Shown here: positions 1 through 12,935 of the stretch, piece by piece | Numbering within the stretch: the stretch's first letter is position 1 | Layout of the letters: each line of letters begins with the position of its first letter | Translations under genes and position numbers: made by a program | Notes under the pieces: model-generated | What the model was told of the DNA's origin: nothing | What the model saw: only the letters and a program-made list of their open reading frames with translations | Database searches by the model: none | NCBI RefSeq assembly: GCF_009914755.1 | Contig: NC_060947.1 | Source of the DNA: the human T2T-CHM13v2.0 reference genome, Homo sapiens | DNA: 64,000 nucleotides | Direction: 5' to 3' (one strand)

Positions 1-1670
1 ACAGAATGAAGCTCTTCAAAAATTGATAGTTTCCTTTGAAGAGGATTGTTGCACAGTGTTTTTATAAATAGAAGATGTTATTTCACTTTTAGTATTATAT
101 TGCACTCCAGTTAAATAACTTCTATTTGGATCTCTCAATTCACACTATCAATAGTGTTTGAGGAAGATTAACTGAAAAAGTCTAGTTTATTCTCATAAAA
201 TTTCAGATTAAGAAACATATTTGGAATTTGGGATTCAATTTCACACTTTTGGGAATATAAATCCAGCTATGACTTCTACTTCTTTTAATAAAGGAAAGTA
301 GATGAGATTATTCTCTGACAAATGAAATTCCCAGAGATTCATTTTTGTGTAATTAATGAATAAAACTAATTCCTCTGTTGGCTAATGCCCTTGATGAGAG
401 ATATTAAAAATATTTAGAAGGTAATAATGTCAAGTGCTAAATTGAGATGGGCATTCTTCCATGGGTAACATGTACCAGCGTCTATCATGAATTAAGAAGA
501 ATTCAATATCCATTCATGATTTTAAAAAAAGAGACTTTCAGTAAACCAGGAAACTGTACTGAAGCAATACAGATCTTCTTGTCCCTGCAGTTCCTTAACA
601 TCATTTACATAATGCTGTTGACATTGTTACATATTAACACTGCATCATGCGTCCTGCTGCCCTGGCTCTTTCTGATGTTGTAATTGTGCTTTTTTCATGA
701 TGATCAGAAATGCAAGTCCTACTTAGAGTATGTGGGAAAATCTGAATAAGCCATTTTCTGATCATGTTAAATTTACTACCCATAATTTTTTAGTGCAAAG
801 GTAGAACAGCACATCAAACAGCTATGTCTTTTCTTGAACTCTTTAGGCCATCATTGCCACATCCCTAGAATGCAGTATCTTTCAATGTTGACTAAGCCCG
901 TGCTGTGCACACTCTGATGCCAGCAGGGAGGAGAGTGGAAGGTAGATGAAGGGCCCATGGGCTGAGCCAGAAGAGCAGTCCAATTTACACAAGGAATGGC
1001 TGCCTCTCATTCCACATAGCTTTAGATTGACCTGGAAGAGCACAATGTCACCACATCAATCAAAGGCAAGGGCAGACCTGGATGGTGTTGTGGAGTAATG
1101 GTTTCAAAAGCCCTCAAGGACACAGGCAAGGCTTCTCTTTGAGTACCATTGACACATAGGCCTTTGGAGGCTTCAACAGGGGGTCACACTGGATACCAGC
1201 AGAGTGACACACAGAGTAACAAACACCTGCTGCCAGTCCTGCCACCCTGAGGTGCTGTAGACTGGAAGTGGCACAGTCCAGTGGTGGACCATTGGTAGCT
1301 CAGAGCTACTTGTCCTGTGTCTGATATGAGTGAGAGCCACCCTAAACCAGCAAGTTAGTACCAATCTTGTGCAATTTCATGAGAGAAATACCATGAAGGC
1401 TCTTGGGAGAAAAATGCTTGCCAGACTGTCTTCCTAGAACTGGGACCTTAAGACCAGTCTATATATATGATTCCTGGAGCTCTTCAGGGCATCTGGGTGC
1501 CCCTGTGCAAGGGGTGCATAGGTGAGGTAGCAGCTCAAAGAGCACCTGGAAGGGAGAAATGGCAACTGGTGACCAGGTCACACATACAAGTTCCAGTCTG
1601 GGCAAAGTAAGTGCGTACCACCTGGGCAGCACTGCTGGCTGGGCCACTACTGATGCCTGAGGGGAAATTA

Positions 1671-2069
<399 letters not shown>

Positions 2070-2227
2070 AGATAGTTCCTAAATGTAAATGGTTGGTGTC
2101 AGGTAAGTAAATTAATATGTAACTGTATTTCATAGCAGCATTGTTGATTTTATTCATATTCAAAGTCAATTCTATTGCAATTGTACTCCTTTTCCAGTTC
2201 TCTAAATATTTTCTCACACAGCAAGTT

Positions 2228-2472
2228 GGTCAAGAGCATAAGTCCTGAAAGTAGAAGGCTGGGATACAAATCTCAGCTCTCCTACCTACTGGTTCTGTGA
2301 CTTTGGGCAAGTTACTTAACCTCTTTGTGTTCCAGCTTCTTCATCTATACAAAAGGGAAAATAACAGTACCTACCTCATAGAACTGTAGTGAGGACTAAA
2401 TGTGTGAATACATGTAAGTACCTAGAACCCTGTCAGCTGCATGATAAGGACTCTTTAAGTGTGTGCTATTAT
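2228..2472 (+). mobile_element. MIR SINE
   Basis: Core TGTGACTTTGGGCAAGTTACTTAACCTCT ... ATAACAGTACCTACCTCATAG. Confidence 0.85.
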
Positions 2473-2482
2473 TATTGTATGC

Positions 2483-2709
2483 CAGCGGTTCTCAACAGAA
2501 GTAAGTTTGTCCTTCAGAGACATTTGGCAACATCTGGAGATATTTTGGTTGTTCCAACATGTGGTGGAGGAGGGTGTGGGGAATGCTACTGGCATCTAGT
2601 GGGTAGAGGCTGGAATGCTGCTAAACATTATATAATACACAGGAAAGCCTCCACAACAAAAACGTCATTCGGCCATGAATGTCAGCAGTGCCAAGGTTGA
2701 GAAATCCTT
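2483..2709 (+). mobile_element. MER20 (hAT-Charlie MITE)
   Basis: Terminal inverted ends CAGCGGTTCTCAAC ... GGTTGAGAAATCCT; internal ACATTTGGCAACATCTGGAGA and TGCTACTGGCATCTAGTGGGTAGAGGC. Confidence 0.9.
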
Positions 2710-3339
2710 ATTATATACTATTGACAGTTCTTACTGTGGTCTGTTTCACGATGGTGTCTTCAGGTGTATACTTTTGACATAGGTACACTTTCTTTGCAAA
2801 ATAAACAAGCTACAGTCTTAGTTTCTACAGGAAACATACACTTTCCCATTTACCTTGAAGTAGATTATTATAGTGGTAGTGGGTACAAGAAATACTTCCT
2901 GATCCTCTTTACTCTATTACAAGTGCAACAGCAACAATTGAGAGCCAACCATTGGCTTCAGTGACAAGGAGAAAATAGAGAGTGATGGGGTGATAGGGAG
3001 GTAGCGAACTGGCTTTAGGTCCTTGAAATCATCAAATCTAGAAAGAGACCACTTACTTTCTTTCCTGTCCCCTCTTTCTTATGTGTCAGAGGGCACAGCA
3101 TCAGTTATTGTTTGAATGGGGGGAAGTAGCAGAGGAAAAGGTAAACTAGTAGACAAAAACTCTGGCAGTTGTTATTTCAAATATAGTAACTGTTTCATGC
3201 AATTGTAAAAAAAAAAAATCATGAGAATGAATTGCAACAACCACCAAAAAATCGTATGTGAATCAAAAGGTTGGGCAAATTTCTGGTGGGAACGTTGCTC
3301 TTGAATGAAGCTTCCTTATGGGGTTGTGGATTGTCTATG

Positions 3340-3499
3340 TCTTTAATACTCAAAGTGGGGTCCACAGACCAGTAGCATCACCCAGACTTTGTTAGAAAGG
3401 TGGAATCTCAAGCCCCAACCTCTTCCTGATGAATCAGAATCTGCATTTTCACAAAATTTCTAGGTGGTTTACATGCACGTTAAAATTTGAGAAACACTG
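3340..3499. mobile_element. MER5A-like hAT MITE
   Basis: CTCAAAGTGGGGTCCACAGACCAGTAGCATCA ... GAATCAGAATCTGCATTTT ... TTTGAGAAACACTG. Confidence 0.8.
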
Positions 3500-5048
3500 A
3501 AATGCGCTCTCTGTCCCTAGCACTCATGGTGTGCAGCTTAGCTTTTAATTCAGAAACGGGCCTATTAATAGGCTAAAGGTGACAGGAGAAAACATTTTTA
3601 ATCAATGAGAAAGCTATTTCTCCCTTCCATTAAGCAATTTACATGCCATTGAGTTTATTTATAGATTCTCAAATGATCTGATTTTATAAGATATGATCTT
3701 TTCATTAAACAGATGTTACGGTTAATGATTTGTTTTATATATACAATTTAAAAGTTAAGAACGAAGAGTATCAAAGCTTTGAAAGGTAACAAGGTATGTT
3801 CTGCTATCTTTGTAATTTGCAAACGGGAAGAACCACACTTGCTATCCAGCAATGGCATTCTATATTTTTGATCTCTATAGTGTATATTTATTTGCATAAG
3901 TCTAAATACGGTAACTCTAATCTCCTACACACTTAGCTGACTGTCACAGGCTGAGACCAAAAAGGCAATTACAGTAAAATTGAGTGGTGTTAGAAGTAAA
4001 GGACACATTACTTCAATTAAGTGCACTTCCATATTAAATAAATTGGACTGGTAGGCCAGGACACTGAAAACTGTGTTTGTAGCAGAAACCCAAGTATGTG
4101 AGGGAGGCACCACCCATACAGTGTCTCAGGGGCATTTGAGCAATCCTGGCGTGCCTGTGTCTGGCCTTGCCCTCAATTTTTATCCTGTCTGCATCCCAGA
4201 GAAAGAAGTATCTTATTCTCTGTTAAAGGAGCCAAAGGGTGGGTGAGCAACTGATGTAGAGCTTTACCAGCTGCATATTCACAATTCCTGCTGTCTCCCC
4301 TAAAGTTCCTGTGAACCCTCCTGAGTCTTTTCTCATGCTACCTACTAAAACTCCAGTTGATCCTGGAGAGCTTGATACAATTGGAAAACTTAAAGCAGAC
4401 ATAGAACTGTGGCTTTCTCTGGAAAGCAAAAACATTCCCATGCCCTTCCATGTTGGGTGATTTCCAAAGTACTATAATCTGTGCGCCTTTGAAATGGTCG
4501 GTGTTTTGGGCCGCAAGCCACCAGTAGGAATAAATTTCAACTTTATCTGCTGCTGGTGAAGGATAATGAGCATTTTCTTATGAAATTTGGGGCCTCTCTC
4601 TCCCCAGCAGCTTATGCACTTCTGTTGTGCCAGATTCCATACACTGTCATTATCATTATTAGACAGAACAGCATCTAAAACACCATCAAAATAAATCTTA
4701 TCTCAAATTGTCTTCCTCAAGTGAGCTGAGGAGATTCTGGCACCTATAAATGCAGAAATGTACACTGCAATGGGCTGTGTGTTGTATCAGACCAAAAATG
4801 AAATGAGGGACATATCAAGCTCAAGGTTTATCAGAAGCTTCTTGATAATTCTGCCACTGTTTCAATTTAAGTAGTCTCTTATGAAACATTGGATCTCATT
4901 AGGCTTTCAGCTCTTGAGCCCCAGGATGCATTGTATTTAATTAACTCTTCCTGGCATAAAACTTCTAAGAAGCTCTAAGCACTGGTGACCAAATAAAATA
5001 CTCTCAAAGGTAATCTCACAAATCCCTTGATATACAGATATAAAAATA

Positions 5049-5120
5049 CAAATATATATATACATATATTATATATACAAATATATATATACATATATTA
5101 TATATACATATATGTATACA
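5049..5120. repeat. AT-rich 29-bp perfect tandem duplication within a (TA)n region
   Basis: CAAATATATATATACATATATTATATATA at 5049-5077 and 5078-5106. Confidence 0.9.
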
Positions 5121-5689
5121 AATATTTAAATGTCATTTACTTTTCAATATGCAAGCTCAAGTGTAGTTGCAGAGACAGATGTCTATAGATATCTGACTTA
5201 CAGCCAATATGAAATCTGGCTTAGAGAGAAATTGATCTTATTGCTGTTCAGTGGTTGTAAGCAACATGCATGTTCACCCTTAGACTGGATTGATGGCATC
5301 AGTAAAACTTATGGAAACACTTCTGAAATAACAGAAATTTGGGCTGAATATGCTGAAGTTGTGGTATGTCGATATTCATGGAATTTTCATCATCTCTTTG
5401 CAATGAGTTCTTTTCCTGGTTTGTCCATTTGACATTGTCACAGACTGAACTGTTATTTGCATATGAAGTTTTTAGCAAAACTGAGCAATAATGAGCAATA
5501 ATAAGCAATATAATAAAAATAACAAACAATAGTGGTTATTTCTATTGGCTTTTGAACCTATTTCACAGGACACAAGAGATGAGAAAACCCCCTTTTCAAT
5601 CAGGGTATCTAAAGTAGAAACTTCATAGGAGAGTGTAAAAAGCTCCCCTCCCCAAAACAATTCTTATGTCTGAAAATATTAATCAATAG

Positions 5690-5920
5690 GAGATTAAAGG
5701 GAAGAGAGTGAAGGAAAAGCAGTGGGGATGATGGTGACCTTTGGTGGGGGTAGTAACAGGAAAGAGCAAGACAGCAGCTTTTGAGATACTGGTAATATTA
5801 TCTTTCTTGATCTGTGTGCTGGTAATGTAGACGTGTTCAGTTTATGAAAATTTATCATCCTGTGCACGTGTTATCAGTACACGTTTCTCCATGTATGTTT
5901 CAACAAAAAGCTAAAACAAA
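5690..5920 (+). mobile_element. Old L1M (L1ME-like) 3' end fragment
   Basis: GATACTGGTAATATTATCTTTCTTGATCTGTGTGCTGG ... GTGTTCAGTTTATGAAAATTTATCA resembles an L1ME 3'UTR. Confidence 0.65.
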
Positions 5921-6529
5921 CAAGTGAACAAACAAACAAAAACCCAAACACGTGGTTTGTGAAAGTGGTCCAGGTAGAACCAGGTATCCAGAAGACATGG
6001 TGAGGGTCAGAGTGGGATAATTTCACTTGAAAGAGAGAGAGGACACATTAAAGGGACCTGGCCCAACCAGCAGCCAGTGTCTGGAGGAAAGTTTAAGAGG
6101 GCTGGATGGCAGATGGTGATGGCAGCTAATGGTAAGAAGAAGGATAGTGAATCAGGATGCTAGAATTCAAAGAGAATTGAAACAGAAAGCTGACACAGGA
6201 GCTAAGTGTGTATAGATCACAGAATATTGCTAAAAGGAGTTCAGCAGGAATTAACATAGATCTGGGCAGCAGAGGAAGTGGGGGTGGGACTCTCCTCCCC
6301 AATGCATAAAGTGGCAGAGATCCTAGACAGGCTTTTGGATGAAACCCAATACTCATTTAGAAAGTGGAATTATCAATTACACAGAAAACATTGGTTCCCT
6401 AGATAGTATGTCCTCTGAGGTTCAGTCTTCCAAATGAGGAAGAGTCCCTTTTGAGTCCTGTTTGATTCACCTTCCCAGTCAAGGATTAGATTTTGTGGCC
6501 ATACACAGCAAGCCAGATGGCTGAGTAGA

Positions 6530-6650
6530 TCTATGAATTGTTCATTCAACACATAGTTGTTGAGCACCTACTATGTGCCAGAAGCTGTTCTAGGTGTTGG
6601 AGAGGCAATGAATAAGCAGGGAAAATCCCTGCCCCTTGAAGCTTACACCA
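6530..6650 (-). mobile_element. L2 3' fragment
   Basis: TTCATTCAACACATAGTTGTTGAGCACCTACTATGTGCCAG. Confidence 0.75.
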
Positions 6651-8321
6651 TATTGCTTATGTTTAATGTACCAGAGCTGAAGGCCTTATGCAGAGTTTTA
6701 TAAGCAAAGAAAAAAATCTGTTGAGAATCATCAGAAACCATGATGGTTAAAATATACAGAAGTGTGTCCAGTAGGTAACCTAGGCACATAGACACATAAA
6801 AAAGATATTACACATAGGCATGTTCTTTATTAACTCCAAGCCCAAGGAAGGTACATTTTATGGGGTGAAAACACCCTGGGGTTAAGGTTTAAGACTTCTC
6901 CCTCTTTCTTGCCAGGTGAATGTGAGCAATTTGCTTTACTTTCTCAAGGTCCCAATTTTCTCATTTATGAGATTTGAGTACCTATATGCTAAGGTTGTGA
7001 TGAGGATTAACATGCTTATCTTAGTTTCTAACTTACAATAATTCTATCTATAATTATTTAATAAAAAGCAATGCATTCTGAACGCCTAAATAGTTCCAAG
7101 TCTTCTAGGTTTCTTCAGTCCCTCTTTTATTTGTAAGCCATGTGAACTTTATCAAGCCCTCAAATCTGTATTGTACGATGGCCAGGGTCTGTCACAATAT
7201 TTATAAGGATTGATGAGGTGGGGGGACTTCGTTTCCTGGGAATCTCTTTTTCTGAATTCCTACTCCATCTAAATTCTTGATCCCCACTCACGAGGCCATG
7301 ATCTGGCCTCCTGCCACTTGGCCCCTGCACAGGTACTTCCATTTCACCTTCCTTCTCTCCACGTGTAACTAACACAGGGCTGTTCTGTGTAATAGACTTC
7401 GATGGAAGGTTTGGAGACAACCAAGGGAGCCCATGGCATTGCCCAAAACAAGAGCACCCTCTTCATGGAGATTTACTTACTGACCATCTTTCCTTCTCCA
7501 AGATTTGACTTCATCCCTCATTTCTCTTTCTCTTCATATACAATTTATCAGGAAATCTTGTTGGCTCTACTTTCAAAATATGCAAAGGAGAAACCTTTAA
7601 AAAAACTGATTTTTTCAAGTGCCTATGACAATGTCTGGTATAGAGTAGTTGCTCATTCATTATGTGTTGAGTGAATAGTCTAGCCTTTCAAGTGGTTATT
7701 GTCAGAAGTAAATTTTCTCTGTAGAAAACTGTCATCAACCTCACACTTCAAGTCAATTAATTAACACTTGGGTATAGTAGCCATATCTTGCTTCCCAAGG
7801 ACTGATTTTCTTGAATATTTGATAAAGTCAGTTTCCTAGGTTTGTAAAGCTGCACAGGAGACGGTGAGCCCTTAATGACCACCATACAGGCAGGTATGTT
7901 GTGAGGATCAGCTTGAAACCAGATGAACAGCCTCTCTGTCTTAACCACAAGCATCATATCCCTATATTTAAATAGCATCAGGTTGATTGAGGAAAGGGAA
8001 CCATCTGAACTGTTAGGTGTTTGCAATGAAAAATAAAATTGCAACAGCCAAGAAACCATTACCACAAGTCCTGCATGTGTTGTTAGACATTTCAGGTTTT
8101 ACTAAGTATTAATACATTGCAAGAGGTATCAAGAATATGAGAAACGTACACATTTGAATTTTAGTTCAGTGAGATGCTTTTCTTACTGCTGCCTCAATAA
8201 AAGCACAGTTTTTAGACACATATTAACATATCTGTTCTGCTCAAAATCTTTTTTATGATTCTTCATAAAATACATGAAACACACTCCCTTAGTCTAACAT
8301 TCCAGGAAACCCATATCCATT

Positions 8322-8478
8322 ACAGGGATGGAAAATACTGGGCCAAAAGACTCCAGCTGTGTTTTCATTTCTTCCATGCCCACAGTGAGTAGGTGGTGGC
8401 CTTCTTTCCTGTTGAGTCTGAATTTGGTCTCAGCATTCTTCTCCACACAGCATTCTAAGTAGTTGTTACTGATTAATC
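8322..8478. mobile_element. MER102-like hAT fragment
   Basis: CAGGGATGGAAAATA start and TGGTCTCAGCATTCTTCTCCACACAGCA motif. Confidence 0.5.
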
Positions 8479-8479
8479 T

Positions 8480-9460
8480 TCTGCCTTCCTACAGTCTACT
8501 CTCAATATGGTAGGCAGAATGAGCCATTAATGTGTAAGGCAAATCACTGTCCTCCGCTGTTCAATGTCCCCACCCGAATCCTTTACCTCAAATGACCTGG
8601 TTTCCCCACTTTCTGATTTTATTTGTCTCTTAGTACTCTGATTCACTGTGTCAGCTGTGCTGGCATCCTTGTTCCTTGAACACACTGGGAATCCTTTGGA
8701 CTTACAGCCTTTGCACTGGCTATCTTTTACCAGAACATTCTCTGTAAATATAGCTTTATAGGTAACTCCCTTATCTTAAGGGTTTGCTCAAATCTTACCT
8801 TAATCAATGAGGCTTACCATGACCACCAATTGGAACCCTCCTGTGATAGCAGAATAATGTCCCCCCAAGGGATTATCCCCCCGGATTATACCCCACAGGG
8901 GGCATTATACTGGATTATCTGGGTAGGTCGGATGTAATCACAAGTGTTCTTATAAGAGGGGGACAGGAAGGACAGAGCCAGAGAAGATGTGACAAGGAAA
9001 CAGATCAGAGAGCAGAGAGATTGGAGGATGCTGCCTTGCTGCTAGTCTTGAATAAAGAGGAAAAGGTCATGAGCCAAGGAGTGTAGGTGTCCTCTAGAAA
9101 CTGAAAGAGGCAAGGAAATGAATCTGCCCTAAAGCCTCCAGAAGAAATGCCAGTCCTGTCCAAATCTTGATTTCAGCACTTCTGACTTCCTAACTATAAC
9201 ACAGTTTGTGTTGTTTTAAGCCACTATTTGTAGTAGTTTGTTATAGTAGCAAGAAGAACTACATCCTCCCTCCTAGACTTTTCTTTTTTCATTTCACTTA
9301 CCAGCCTCTATTTTACCAGTTAACATGCTTATCATGTCTATTGTTTTATTGTTTCTCTGCTGCCTTGCCCTTTGCCCACCACTATAATGTAAGCCCCATG
9401 AGGACAAACATTTTCATATATTTTGTTCATTGCTGAAAACCTGCACTTAATTTGTTGAAT
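8480..9460 (+). mobile_element. L2 fragment split by an MLT1D LTR
   Basis: L2-like motifs on both sides of 8842-9263, e.g. AATGTAAGCCCCATGAGGACA ... TTTTGTTCATTGCTG ... TTTGTTGAAT. Confidence 0.7.
8842..9263 (+). mobile_element. MLT1D-like MaLR solo LTR, internally deleted
   Basis: TG...CA ends; GCAGAATAATGTCCCCCCAA start; GAGCCAAGGAGTGTAGG; GTGTTGTTTTAAGCCACTA. Confidence 0.85.
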
Positions 9461-9807
9461 TAACTAATTGGTTAGTCAATTCTGAATCTATTTCGACACT
9501 ATAAAATTACTTCTCACTGTGTTAAAAATGAATCCTTTTATTTGGCCCCTGGTTCTTTTTCTGTCTCCCTCTGTCACTCTCTGTGTCTCCATCTCTTTCT
9601 CTTTCTCTGTTTCTGTCTGTCTGTTTCTCTGTCTGTCTCATATACACACACTCTCTTTCCCTGTCAGGGTGGGTCCAACTCAGGTTATAGGTCTTCCATG
9701 AAGCCCTCTCTTGACTCAACAGTCCACATTTAACTTTGCACTTTCTGAATTCCTAGAGCATCTCTTTTCATTATCCTCCAGTTTTGCACTTATATTCTCT
9801 TACTTTT

Positions 9808-10584
9808 TGTATCAGCTAGGTTTCTGTCAGGAAACAGAAACCATACAGTAATTAGAACACAGAGAGTTTAATATAAAGAATTATTAACTAATAACATGGG
9901 ATTAGCTACTATGAGGTCAAGGATAATTCTAAAGAATACAGAGATAGCAGATATAGGGAGCAGCCACTACCTCTAGGGTTGAAGTGGAATACCTAGGGAG
10001 GAACACATTTGGAAGACCTTCCCTCAGCCCCCACCAAGGCTGAGATTCAGACCTCAGTTGAGGGTGTGTGGCTGTGGCCCACTGATTAGTAGTGAACTTC
10101 ACTGAGGTACTGCAGACAGGGGCTGGCAAGCAAAACACTGCTGGCCGAGGTACTAACTAAACTCACCAGGAAGCCACCCATGGAGATGCTGATGAGACTC
10201 ACCAAGAAGTTGCCCAGGAATGCTACTAAAACTCTGGGAAGCAGTCCTCTAGGTTACTAACGGAACTTGCTGGGAAACTGCCTGTGAGAATGCTGCTGAA
10301 AGTGGCTGAGAGGCTACCTGTATGGGTGCTGCTGAAACTCACTGAGGGGTGAGTACCTCTGAGTGATCTGCATGGCCCTGGCCACCTGTGCTGCACAGGC
10401 AGACAGGAAACCAGAAAAGCACATTAGGAATAGAAGTCTCTTTGCCCTGCCATGCACTTCCAGTGCCTAGCACTGAGCCAGCTGGCAAAAGAGAAATACT
10501 TACAGGGTCCAGCTCCAGTATCACAAAGCAGGGGAAAGAAGGGTGGATTTGCAACTGAGAGGCAATACATTGATAATTGGCACA
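9808..10584. mobile_element. ERVL LTR (LTR41/LTR33-like)
   Basis: TGTATCAG...CAGGAAACAGAAACC start, GAGAGGCAATACATTGATAATTGGCACA end, flanks CTTTT/CCTTT, internal degenerate ~35-bp repeats. Confidence 0.7.
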
Positions 10585-11264
10585 CCTTTGTATTTGTAAT
10601 TTTCCTTGAGTGTTTGCAGTGTTGTAAGCCCCTTGAGGGCAAGGACAATGTCACGCTTCTTCCTCTCCTCCCCCTCCCCCCTCCCCACCTTCACCATGGT
10701 TTATATAGCATTTTTAACATGAAGTTGACCACATGTAGTGAGTACATGGTCAACTGTAAATAAGATTTCCCTGAGGTCTTATTTGCTCAATAGCCTGGGA
10801 AGCCAATGACACCATCCTCTCCCTTTGTGTTACCTATTCTGAAATAGAAGTTCAACCATGAGTGAACAACAGCTGACACCAACCTAGCAATTTCCAAGTG
10901 CAAACAAGACTGTGATTTTCTCCTCAGTGATTATGCCATCTTGGATGTCATTCTCAAAAACACTGAAGTCAAGCTGGGACCAATTGTGATTTTGTTTATT
11001 AAACTCTCACTTGGTGTGAAACAGTCCTGTCAGCTGCTGGTTCTCTTAAAGTCAACTCTCACTCAGACTTCTAAGGCGAACCAATCAAGAAAGTATGTTC
11101 CAATGTGTCCCACCTTCTCTTTTTCTCATAAAGACTTAGAAGCTTCACAGATCAGTCCTTTCGCAATCAGAATGACTCGAGCTGCACACACCTGCTTTGT
11201 GGCCAAAAGGAAAAGACTATAGTCTAAAAGTTGTATTAATTTTAATATATATATTTCTTGGCTT

Positions 11265-11668
11265 CCATATTAGTCAGTTTTGCATTGCTATAAAAGAATA
11301 CCTGAGACTAGGTAATTTATAAAGAAAAGAGGTTTATTTGGCTCACAGTTCGGCAGGCTGTACACAAAGCATGGTGCTGGATGATGAGGGCCTCCGGAAG
11401 CTTACAGTCACAGCAGAAGGTGAAGGGGAGACCGCGTGTCACATGGTGAGAGAGAGAGAGAGCAAGAGAGATGCTAGGCTCTTTTAAACAACCAGCTCTT
11501 GCATGAACTCATAGGGTGAGAACTCACTCATTATCTCAAGGACAGCATCATGACATCCATGAGGGATCTGCCTCCATGACCCAAACACCTCCCACTGTGC
11601 CCTCTTCCAACACTGGGGATCACATTTCCACATGAGATTTGGAGGGGACAAAACACCCAAACCATATT
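11265..11668 (-). mobile_element. MSTB-like MaLR solo LTR
   Basis: TATTAGTCAGTTTTGCATTGCTATAAAAGAATACCTGAGACTAGGTAATTTATAAAGAAAAGAGG ... CATGAGATTTGGAGGGGACAAAACACCCAAACCATA. Confidence 0.9.
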
Positions 11669-11929
11669 GGCTTCTAAAGGCCTTCAAAAATCTTATTTTG
11701 TGTGAATCTAAGAATCTCTCACTCCAGGGCCTCTATTAAGCAGCCCAGCCTAAAGATAAGGTTGCCTAGTCCTAAAGTTAACACTAACTACCCTTGTTTA
11801 CTCTTCCCTGGCCTGTGGTTAATATGTGATGGTACTCTTTCCTCACCCTGAATATAATGAGTTTGCCTCAAATATTAGCCCAACATCAGTAATTGTGGCC
11901 CATATAGTTTATTGAGAGCAAAAACAGTT

Positions 11930-12200
11930 CTGAGTCCTTGAGTTAGATAAATTTGTACGAACTCAGGGTCTATTATTTGTTATTTGTGTGACCTTGGATA
12001 TGTTACTTACTCTCTTTAAATTTGGATTCCTTCTTGGTAAATCAGGGCTAGATGATGAAAATGAGATAAGTTATCCTCTTTTAAAAATCATTTTTTTCTC
12101 CTTAGTAAACAGGGGCTAATGATGGTACTTATGCCACAGAGTGGTTATGAGGATAATGTTTGTATAACCCGTAGGAACTGAGTGTTCATTAAGTGTCAAA
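11930..12200 (+). mobile_element. MIR SINE (degenerate)
   Basis: TGTGTGACCTTGGATATGTTACTTACTCTCT core. Confidence 0.6.
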
Positions 12201-12224
12201 TGTGATTATATCACAAACCTGAAA

Positions 12225-12935
12225 ATGTCAATCTTTCTAGTCCAAGCCACAATTATCTCTTCCCTGAACTGTTTCAGTGGCTTCCTAACTGGTGTTCCTG
12301 CTTACAGTCTTGCCTAGAGTCTATTCACCCCACAGAAGCCTGAAGAATCTTTTCTAAAATCAGGTCTTGTCACTCCCTTAACTCAAAACCCTATATTGGC
12401 TTCCCATCATACTTTGAACGAAATCCCAAGTCCTTACCAGGATCTAAAAGACCCTATGTGATTTGGCTTCAGCTGATGTCTCTGATCTCCTCTCTTATTG
12501 CTATCTTCCATCCCTCACTTTCATCTGGTTACAATTTTCTTGCTGTTTTTTGACCACGTAAGCATGTTCCAGCTGAGAGACTTTTTATATGCTGATTTCT
12601 CTCATCTGAATGCTCCTCAACCCAGAAATTCACATTGCACATGGCTTATTCCTGCATTTTATTCAGGTCTCCTCTCAAATGTCTTCTCATCAGACAGGCC
12701 TTCATTGGTCACTATGTGCAAATTGGGTCCTACCTCCCATCCATTGGCCTCTAGTCTCTTACCTTCCCTTATTTTATTAATGACACTTATTGGTACCTAA
12801 CATCATCTTATATACTTATTTATTTATGAGCTTTGGTTTTCTTAAAATGTAAGTTTCATGAAAGCAATACCTTTGTTTTGTTCACCATGGTCCAGTGCTT
12901 GGCATATGTTAGGTGCACAATAAATGCTTGTTGAA
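12225..12935 (+). mobile_element. L2a 3' region
   Basis: TAGTCCAAGCCACAATTATCTCT, TCAGGTCTTGTCACTCCC, ends CAATAAATGCTTGTTGAAT. Confidence 0.85.

Noticed and set aside
10148-10350. Repeat-spacer-like pattern suggesting a CRISPR array
   Set aside because: Units are degenerate and contiguous, lie inside a mammalian LTR, and there are no cas genes; the DNA is eukaryotic.
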